Source: Octopus vulgaris
Lineage: Eukaryota
Direction: 5' to 3'
DNA length: 64,000 nt
Assembly (NCBI GenBank): GCA_951406725.2
Contig: OX597819.1
Coordinates: 32,550,001-32,614,000 of the forward strand
The position numbers and the translations under genes are program-made. Positions 53,163 to 64,000 of the stretch are shown here, one piece after another (within the stretch, counting starts at the first letter, position 1; every line of letters begins with the position of its first letter). Under the pieces are notes generated by a model. It made no database searches and was not told the origin of the DNA. It was given only the letters and a program-made list of their open reading frames with translations.

Positions 53163-53240
53163 TTCTGCTGATGATTCTGGCCTTAGCAGATAAATTCTAT
53201 TCATTTTATTAAAAAAAAAAGATGAAACCGCGGTACAGGA
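53163..53240 (+). ncRNA. Type I hammerhead ribozyme motif
   Basis: TTCTG-CTGATGA-TTCT...AGAT-GAAAC-CGCG (palindrome)-GTA-CAGGA, in island 52975-53345 flanked by (TA)n. Confidence 0.7.
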
Positions 53241-54099
53241 TTAGCTGAGTTGGTAAACGTTTTTGATTTTCATTCCATTTCATGAACTTATCCCCTTTTT
53301 GTGTATCTAGCACTTGCTTCTTTATTTGGAAGCCTTTTAATGTATTTATATATGTATATATGTATATATAAGTATATGTATATATATATATGTATATATA
53401 TATATCATACACACACACACACACACACACATATAGTTGAAAATTACAGAAAAACAAAAGACGAAGACAGGTGTATGAACGACAAGCATGTGTATTAGTA
53501 CATATATGTGTGTGTGTGTCTGAGTGTACAGGTTGTATATGTAACGGCAGAAATGACTATAGTTACTTTTTCTACGCAGCAAAGTGGAATATTTTCCTGT
53601 GTGGATAGGGGTTTGCATAATTCCAAAATTTCTACATGCTGGGCACTGGAGTACAACACACTATTTTTAATCTTAAACAAGACATGAAACTTAAAGTAAC
53701 ACACGCAGCGCATAATCGTCAGTTTGCATTGCTTTATATAAACACACATACAATGTAAGTAGGTATGTATATGTAGGAGTGCTTTATTGATTCTTTATAT
53801 ACCTGACTGCTAAAATGACAAGAAATTCATTTGTTGGAAATCGCATTATTGTGGAAGAATTTGCCATCTACGGGCTCCACGTAAATAACTCTCGTGATAT
53901 TCTATAATTCAAAATTAAAACTTGCCTCGCTGTCATATTTCCCTAGAGATATTTCGACAGCTTTCCTTCATACACATATATTTAATTGTAGCAACGTACG
54001 TTCGGTATGCACATATACGAAGCACATAAAACAAGCCTTCACATATATATATGCGCATATGTACGCACAGTGTATGTATGTATGTATGCGTGATGTATG

Positions 54100-54460
54100 T
54101 ATATATGTAAGTATGTATATACGAATATATATTTATATACATAATATATATATATATATGTAACATATATGTATATACGTGTATATATGTAATACATGTA
54201 TGTATACAAATACATAAACACACATATATACATATATACACACATATATATATATGTATATATATGTATATATATATATATATGTATGAGTATTTATATA
54301 TGCATATATATATATATATGCATGCATATATATGTATGTATATATATATATATATATGTATATGCATGTATATATATATATATGTATGTATATATATATA
54401 TATATGTATATGCATGTATATATACATATGTATATATATATGCATGTATATATATGTATA

Positions 54461-54516
<56 letters not shown>

Positions 54517-54600
54517 CATATATGTATATATATGTATACATACATATATACATATATATATAAATATATATATATGCATATATATATGTATATATATATA
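54100..54600. repeat. (TA)/(TATG) compound microsatellite
   Basis: Direct reading. Confidence 0.95.
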
Positions 54601-54886
54601 TGTTTATGTATTTCCAAAGATTTCATTGAAATGCCATCTCAACAAGCATTCACACACACACACACACTCGCGTTTATATTAAACGCAGAAATTCACACAA
54701 AAGCACACAAACACACATATATACACACACACAGACATCAAACATATAAATAGATTCAATACGGATCTACGTGAAAACCGCGCAGTGAAATACTTAAATA
54801 CACGGAGGAATTAAACCACGCTTGCTCACAATCTTCCCCACCGCTATTACTAAACACACACACACGCACACACAGACACACGCACG

Positions 54887-54918
<32 letters not shown>

Positions 54919-55075
54919 TACACACTTCCATAATATTTGCAGATAAACATGTGCAGCGTTTATGCATCTTTACACATTCATCCGCGAACATACTGGCATT
55001 AACGATTGTGTGTGACTCGTGTGTCTGTGTGTTTGTATGGATGCGTGGGTGCGTGATGGGTGTATGTGTGAGTGT

Positions 55076-55117
<42 letters not shown>

Positions 55118-55216
55118 GTATGTCACACATAAATGTTCAAATGCATGCATGCGTATGTCCTTCGTGTTCATTTTCTCTTTTTTATCTCTCTCTCTCTCAC
55201 CCTATATGCTACTTTG

Positions 55217-55285
<69 letters not shown>

Positions 55286-55380
55286 CACTCATTTGTGCAT
55301 TTGTATATATAATGTATGTGTATAAACACACACACACATATATTATATATGTGTATATTTAAATATCAGTTGTAGATCAA

Positions 55381-55420
<40 letters not shown>

Positions 55421-55554
55421 TACCTGTGCGCATGTGTGTAAGTCGAGTCTTTTTGTTCAATTTTCTTTAGGGATATGTGCACATGCATACACACATATGC
55501 ACTTACAAATGCACACATATAAATATGTGCTGTGTGTGTGTGTGAGAGAGAGAG

Positions 55555-55635
<81 letters not shown>

Positions 55636-56644
55636 ACTTGTCTAGCAGACACTGCTGAATGCCAGCACGCATTGCCAAACCCTCTTCTTTCCTCACTTTC
55701 GCTGTATCGTTCAAAAGACAGCTGAACAGGGCCAATATTAAAACATCCAATTAACTGTAAGATGTGGGCAGATTTTTCAATTTCCCACACAAGGCAATCA
55801 ATAAGTAGATAACAGTGCCTCTGCACCGAAGTGGCGAGGCTGCCGACGGTGTTCGCATCCATTGCGTTGTCGTCTTACATTTTGTTGTTATAATCATTTT
55901 ATAATTTTTGTTGTTGATGTTCACGCTGATGCGCGATTGTAGTTTAGTTCTCTCCTTTCTCGTTCCTCCACCCGTTCGACCCCCTCCACTTCATTCTCTT
56001 CTATCGTTATTTCCCTGTTATTCTATGGCAACACTAAATGAGAGATTGGAGAAAGAATCTGACTAGCGAACAGAGCAAGATTAATTCTGGAAACGATTTA
56101 GTTTAAACTCTAAAACCGGATTGAACATTCTGGATTTATCTCCGTTCGAATATATAAAACTATAACGTTAGAAACTGGTTTCTCTAAGGTGTTGGATGTA
56201 GTTCCATCTCTCTTATGTTGACTCTATATCGGTTGTGAAAAGAAACAAGTAGAATGTTGATCTAATTCAATATGTGAATAAAAATCCAGATGTGATAAGC
56301 TGGATGTGTTATGGACAGAAGTGATTGGACAATGCGTTTAGTAAAGTGTTACAAATTAAAATTTTATTTGATACTCTTCCTCAAAAATGCAAGTCTTGTA
56401 TTTAGGGTGGGGTGGCATGGTCAGTTTTAAGTTGTTGTATGTCTTGAGGAGCGATAATCTCTAAATCGTTTTTGTATTAAGTCTTCGTTGAGCAAAAATG
56501 AGCTTCGTAGACATTCTTAATTCCAGCAACAGTAATACAAAGTTAGCAAGACTACAAATTGAAATTCCACAAGAATAGAAGCGAGAGGGAGAAAAGGAGA
56601 GAGAGGAAAGAAAAGAAAAACAGAGAGAGGAAGAGAGAGTGAGA

Positions 56645-56689
<45 letters not shown>

Positions 56690-56757
56690 AATGCTATGAA
56701 AACTAACCGTTATACAAAGGGAAATTACTGTGTAATTGACAGTTATTAAGACAAAAT

Positions 56758-56816
56758 ATAACTGAAGAGATGGCGGCGTGGATTTCCACTTCGGCATCCG
56801 AAACTCGGAGTTTTAT
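56758..56816 (+). ncRNA. Type I hammerhead ribozyme motif (stem II off by 1 nt)
   Basis: ATAA-CTGAAGA-GATG...CATCC-GAAA-CTCGGAG-TT-TTAT, in island 56690-56930 flanked by (TA)n. Confidence 0.6.
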
Positions 56817-56925
56817 CATGGGGACCGAATAATTGTCACATATTACATTTACAGATAAATTCCTCTATTTAGAAAATATCGAGGTCTCTTTCTTTCTTTT
56901 GTTGTCTTACCGTTTTTATCAATAA

Positions 56926-56970
<45 letters not shown>

Positions 56971-56971
56971 T

Positions 56972-57094
<123 letters not shown>

Positions 57095-58002
57095 AAGCAA
57101 ATTATTTACGTAAAGTACCTCTCTGACTCAATGAGATTCTTCAAAACAAATAAATGACTTTAAGTTGCTTCACAGATCAGTATATAAAACCTGGACATGT
57201 AGAGTATCGTTTTGTTCCCGGGCGACAAATTCTGTATACAAATAATTGCAAAATAAAACTGCTTCAAAGTGATGTAAACCAGAGTTACAAGCTCATATTT
57301 CTTAGTGTTTTATCTTCGTTCAGATAAGATACAAAGCATCTATCTATGTTAATGCCGGTCAGTATTTCTACTGAAAGTTTTATCAGAAGTTTTGGGACTT
57401 TGTGTTTAAAAATGATAAGAGCACCACACAGATAACACGATGCTGCCTTTGAATTTCTCAAGCCAAAAGAAAAACAGAAAGAAAAAAAAATAGGGGAAAA
57501 CAAAGATAAGAAACAAGACGTTGCAAGAATATATTAAGTAAGAGGAATCGTGATTGCTGTTCGAAAGAACAATGTTATAATAACCAGATACCTGTCGCTT
57601 ACGTCCTTATGCAAGCATCAAATCAAAGTGGATAGAGAACTAGGAATTTATCAATTGTCTTTTAGCAACCACGTTTGATAAAAACTCACTCGAGTAAACA
57701 AGCCGACGAAAAGTATACCAGTTACATGACGATTATGACATCGACTATTTAATTATATTTTCTGATACTACTATATTAGCGCATAGTTCAAATTTATAGA
57801 AACAAAAAAAAAACGAAGACAGATGAAGGAACAAAAAGCAGGTATATTAGATTAACGCTCTGGGAGAATGGAAAAGTATTTGGTGTTTCGAGCCTACGCC
57901 CTTCGAGAGAAAGGATTAAGAGTTAAAAAATGGAGAGCGAAGGAAAAAAAACGAGGGAGAATAAATGTTTAGGGATTAACAGTCATGTTTGTCATATAAT
58001 AT

Positions 58003-58315
58003 GGGGCGTGGCTTAGTGGTTAAAGTATTCGGGTCCCAATCGTTAGGTCGTGAGTTCGATTCCCGGCGACGCGTTGTGTCCTTGAGCAAGACACTTTGTT
58101 CCACGTTGCTCCAGTCCACACTGGCAGAAATGAGATGTACCTGTATTTTAAAAGGGCCGGCCTTGTCACATTATGCGTCACGCTAAATTCCCTGGGGACT
58201 ATGTTAAGGGTACGCGTATCTGGTAAGGGTACGCGTAACTTGCATGTTAATTTCATGAGCAGGCTGTGATCGCATCAACTGGAACTCTCATCGTCGTAAT
58301 CGACGGTGCACCAGT
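58003..58315 (+). mobile_element. SINE family D (tRNA-like head, CORE-like block, tail 2)
   Basis: Box A tggcttagtgg, box B gagttcgattcc, tgtgtccttgagcaagacactt, tail shared with family C tail 2. Confidence 0.8.
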
Positions 58316-58673
58316 TATGGCATCACGACCAAGGAGTGTTGGCAGTTGGTGTTTCGAGTAAAAAGTGTTAATAATTCACATAAGAAAACACATTGGAACA
58401 TTAAGAGCTACCATTTGGATTTATATTTATAACTTACTTCTTTTAGCCATAAAGTGAGTGCAAAGTCGATGTTGTCGTATGCGACTTTAGATCGGAATAC
58501 ATCGAAATATATTTATGATAATCCACAAGGGATATCTACACATTTGCATATGCGTACGCTGTAATTTATCAATTTTATCGTCGACTCAGTATTATTTAAA
58601 TGTTATAAAAGTCATTATCAGCGGTCACTGTTTCTATGCCGCTGGATTTAACGGCTGTCTGACATGCCCAAAG

Positions 58674-58775
58674 TGCGTGGCACCTCGGGCAAAGGCAAAT
58701 GTCTTCTATTATAACCTCGGGCCGACCAAAGCCTTGTGAGTGGATTTGGTTGACGGAAACTGAAAGAAGTCCGTC

Positions 58776-58825
<50 letters not shown>

Positions 58826-58843
58826 TAGTGTGTGTGTGTTGTG

Positions 58844-58875
<32 letters not shown>

Positions 58876-59119
58876 CGTATGTGTCTGTATGTTTGTGTGT
58901 CTGTGTGTGTGTCCCCCAGCATCGCTTGACAGCTGATGCTGGTGTGTTTACGTCCCGTAACTTAGCGGTTCGGCGAAAGAGACCGATAAGTACTAGGCTT
59001 ACAAAGAATAAGTCCTGGGGTCGATTTGCTCGACGAAAAGGCGGTGCTCTAGCATGGCCGCAGTCAAGTGACTGAAACAAGTAAAAGAGTAAAAGAGTAA
59101 AGAGTAAAGAGTAAAGAGT
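58674..59119 (+). mobile_element. SINE family B (5'-truncated)
   Basis: Internal (TA)/(TG) microsatellite, (GTAAA(A)GA)n tail. Confidence 0.9.
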
Positions 59120-59182
59120 AATTTTTAGTATACTCAGTTGAAATATCGCGATAAGCTGTTTTGGCAATTAAAAATCAGCATC

Positions 59183-59247
<65 letters not shown>

Positions 59248-59320
59248 TTATTATTATGATGATGATAATGATGATAGTCATGATCATCATCATGATCATC
59301 ATGATCATCATCATCATCTC
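59183..59320. repeat. (TAT)n grading into (GAT)/(CAT)n trinucleotide microsatellite
   Basis: Direct reading. Confidence 0.95.
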
Positions 59321-60104
59321 CTCCTACTTCTTCTTCCTTTCGCCTCTACAGTTTAATAATGATTTTTGACGAACGTTGAAGAATTATCGTCCTTTACCAA
59401 ATTCGTCAAGGATCTGCATTTTTAACACATATACATATACGCACAAACGAGCGCGCGCGTGGAGTCGTATAGTTACCACTCATGTAGCTAATAACACTTA
59501 CACGCCTCCTTACATGTGTATACCCGGTTCATATAGATCGTCAAATAATCTAGCACAGAATAAGAAGCTAGCACAGAATAAGATAAAAATAAAAACATAT
59601 AAATAAAAATCTTGATAGAACGATTGAACAAATGAATGAATGAATGAATGTTGTTGTGGCAAACCTTTAAAATTATTAAAGTGTTTTGCAAGAGAATCCA
59701 CTGTCTGTTTTGATGTTTTGAAAGCATTGTCTGCAGCACTAATTACATGAGAAATCTCACGGAATTTTAACAAGTCTAAATTCTCAAATGACATTGTTGA
59801 ATACAAGAGATATTTGTGTAAATAGCTTCGAGACAAGTTTAAATTTCTTTCTTTCGAGAAAATGAAAATCGATTTCAACCCCACTTTGAGTGCTAATGAA
59901 AAACAACAACAACAACAACAACAATAACAACAACAACAATAATCATCATCATAACAACAATAACAAGCAATCTAAAAAAAAAACTAATGATTATAGCAAT
60001 GGCAAAATAATACAAAACCAAAATATCAGAGTAATAAAAGAAAATTACGACAAAATAAGCGTTCATATAAAGCAGAGGGAAATCCTATGAAGTATTTAGC
60101 TGCA

Positions 60105-61130
<1,026 letters not shown>

Positions 61131-62194
61131 ACAACTGATTGTCTTTGCTTAAATAAAAACACAAGTTTCCAAGCAACTAAATCCGAAACAACGATTCCTA
61201 CTCACAAATAAGGTGATAAAATTTTACTTGTATTTTTCATACTTTTTCAATGTGGTAGGATGTCTCCCAATCTCTATGAATCGGTTATTTTAAGTTATCG
61301 ATTATTTAAGCAAGAAATCAACATCTGATCGAATAGTTAGATTGTCAATAATTAATAATTCAAATTTCTTAACTGGTACATTGCTTCTGCTATACCTACA
61401 TCGACATCTGAGTCCATTTCCATAAGGATTAGCTTACCATTTCAGAGATATTGTACACAAAATTCTAATAAATCCTACCTTATCCAGTTTTTCAGCATGG
61501 TCTAATTTTTGATGTCTAAACTAAACGAAAGCACTAAATAAACATCTGTAGCAAAGTCAATAGGTTCACTAAAACTGGTTAAATAATCGTAATTACAATT
61601 GATTAATTATACACAATACACAATAATTGATGATGTGCTATTCATGCCTTTTCTCACAAATGTTACTGAAACGATGATGATAATGAAGTGTAATTAAATA
61701 AATTTGTTTCAAACAAGACAGAAATATAACAGAAATTGAAGTCGGAAAAGACTTTTGGTCGACATTTTAGAGTGCACGTTATTTCCAAGGGGTAATGTTT
61801 ATCTCCCCTTAAACGTGGGTGTTCTATTAGAGCAAACTGCCCTGTGGTAGATCCCATGAGATAAACTGTCATATTGGCTTTTTGGCGCAAAATGCACTCG
61901 CGTTCATATCGCTAGTGGGGAGATAAATCCCCACTACCGACAGCGCCTAGTCCTCCAGATCTCGTATTATTCTCCTGCTTCTCTCGTGGTATCTAACAGA
62001 ACATTCACATTTAAGTGGGGATAAATATTACCTCTCCATATTAATACTGCGTCTGTCACAAATATATATTTATTTTTTAACAAGCTAAGTGGATAATGGC
62101 GATATAAAATAAGTAGCAGTTGCTACGATTAGAGTCTGACGCTACGCCGTAAGGCGGGAAACCCAGGATGACCCCATAATCTGGCCTCCTTCAT

Positions 62195-62238
<44 letters not shown>

Positions 62239-62477
62239 CAAAATGGGACAAGAACGCAAAACATCCGGACAACTAGGTGATACAAAAAGCGACAACAAAA
62301 CATCCAGATAGACGATACAAAAAAAAAAAAAACAAGGACGGGTAATTCGAAGCTTTCTATCCTCAGTCAAGAACCGGATCATCCTCGTAATTTCGGCTGA
62401 TTAATCTTGAGATTGCTCCAATCTGGCCAGCCCCAAGGAAAAACTAAGCTAAGAGCATTAGATTCCTTGGAAGAAAG

Positions 62478-62518
<41 letters not shown>

Positions 62519-62911
62519 TGGCGAGGAGATGAATTGCTGCTGCCTCTAGCGGTCGAGTGTCCATAATTGATAAGACTAAGCAAGGTCGAAATCCCGTGTT
62601 CTGGTCGTCTCGGTGCAGGAGGATGTGGGGATTTATCCAAAATGTCAATATGAGAGTTTCTTTCATGTTAACTATCACAGTATAGCTTGTTCTAACAGAA
62701 CATCCATGTTTAAGTGGGGATAAATATTACCTGGGGCTAATAAATCTTTTATTTCCTCGTGAAAATCTTTAGAACATCAGACAAAATATCTGGTAGAATT
62801 TTTCCAGCTCTTTACAAATGGATTTCGATTTCTGCCAATGTCAACTTTCTATTTCAAATATTCGAGATGAATAAAATTAAGTATTAGTTAAGTATTAGGA
62901 TTTATGTGATC

Positions 62912-63159
62912 GACTACCACCACCAGCTCAAAATTACTGGACTACCACCGCCAGCTTAAAATTACTGACTACCAGCACCAGCTCAAAATTACTGGACTAC
63001 CACCGCCAGCTCAAAATTACTGACTACCAGCACCAGCTCAAAATTACTGGACTACCACCGCCAGCTCAAAATTACTGACTACCAGCACCAGCTCGAAATT
63101 ATTGGACTACCACCGCCAGCTCAAAATTACTGACTACCCGCACCAGCTCAAAATTATTG
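62912..63159. repeat. Minisatellite of 9 units alternating 28/27 bp (55-bp higher-order repeat)
   Basis: GACTACCA(C/G)CACCAGCTCAAAATTACTG alternating with GACTACCACCGCCAGCTCAAAATTACT. Confidence 0.95.
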
Positions 63160-63184
63160 CGTAGCGGTCACTTTTCCTTTAAAT

Positions 63185-63733
63185 ACCACCGAAGTCGACT
63201 TTACCTTTTATCCTTTCGAGGTCGATAAAATAATATACCTGTCAAGTTCTGATGTATTAAACTTCTCCCTCCTCTCAGAATTGTTGACTTCGTATTTAAA
63301 AATTTGAAACCATAATTATTGAGGCTAAGGCGATGAGCTGGCAGAATTGTTAACACACCGGGCAAAATAACACATTTTGCCCATCTTTACGCTCTGAGTT
63401 CAAATTACACCGAGGTCGACTTCGCCTTTCATCGTGTCAGAGTCGATAAAATAATACCCAGTTGAGCACAGGATCTATGTGATCGATTAACTTCTCCCCA
63501 CAAATTTTCAGGCCTTGTATCTATAGTAGAAAGGATTTCAAAATTTTGGCCCAAGACCAGCAATTTCAGGAACGGGATTAAATCGATTACACCTACCCCA
63601 GCGCTAAACTGGTACTTAGTATATCGACCCCGAAAGGTGGAAAAGCAAAATCAACCTCGGTGGAATCTGAACTCAAGAAGTAAAGACGGACAAAATTGCC
63701 CGGTGTGCTAACGATTCTGCCAGCTCGCTACTT
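63185..63733. mobile_element. Cluster of three older SINE A variants (+,+,-)
   Basis: gtcgataaaataata blocks at ~63221 and ~63443, and a reverse copy ending ctgccagctcgc at ~63728. Confidence 0.75.
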
Positions 63734-63902
63734 TATTATTACTATGACATTACTTTGTTACGCAGATGTCATTCATCTGTCAAATCATTGTCAGATCATT
63801 GACGTCGTATTGCCACGTCAATGATCTGTTCAGTACGACCATATCCAGTCGGTCATACTCAAGTCGGAAATTCGTAATCCCAGAATATCGTTGGTTTCCC
63901 GT

Positions 63903-63941
63903 ATCATCATCATCGTCGTCGTCGTCGTCGTCGTCATCATC

Positions 63942-63973
<32 letters not shown>

Positions 63974-64000
63974 CATCATCGTCGTCGTCGTCGTCATCAT
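63903..64000. repeat. (CAT)n/(CGT)n microsatellite
   Basis: Direct reading. Confidence 0.95.

Noticed and set aside
62912-63159. CRISPR-like array
   Set aside because: Units are contiguous with no unique spacers, no cas genes, eukaryotic context.

Overview
AT-rich eukaryotic non-coding DNA, very dense in microsatellites. The repeat content suggests an octopus/coleoid cephalopod genome (inference, no database check). No host protein-coding exon can be supported, and most ORF-track entries are microsatellite or SINE artefacts. Supportable features: a young 5'-truncated CR1-group LINE with (TAAC)n tail plus a second short copy, a decayed RTE LINE, an RLE-type (R4/NeSL-like) LINE relic, a decayed mariner transposon with TIRs, three copies of a non-autonomous Helitron, an 8-bp-TSD MITE carrying (CCCTAA)4, several modular tRNA-derived SINE families and two minisatellites. 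The most striking signal is that many unrelated short islands embedded in (TA)n tracts each carry a type I hammerhead-ribozyme motif (CUGANGA...GAAAC-palindromic loop-GUH) and/or inverted/direct pseudo-LTR architecture, as expected for Penelope-like/retrozyme elements. Also notable are an ORF1-only (HAL1-like) poly-A retroelement inside a SINE and a SINE with a twin-priming 5' inversion. All folding and alignment was done by eye.
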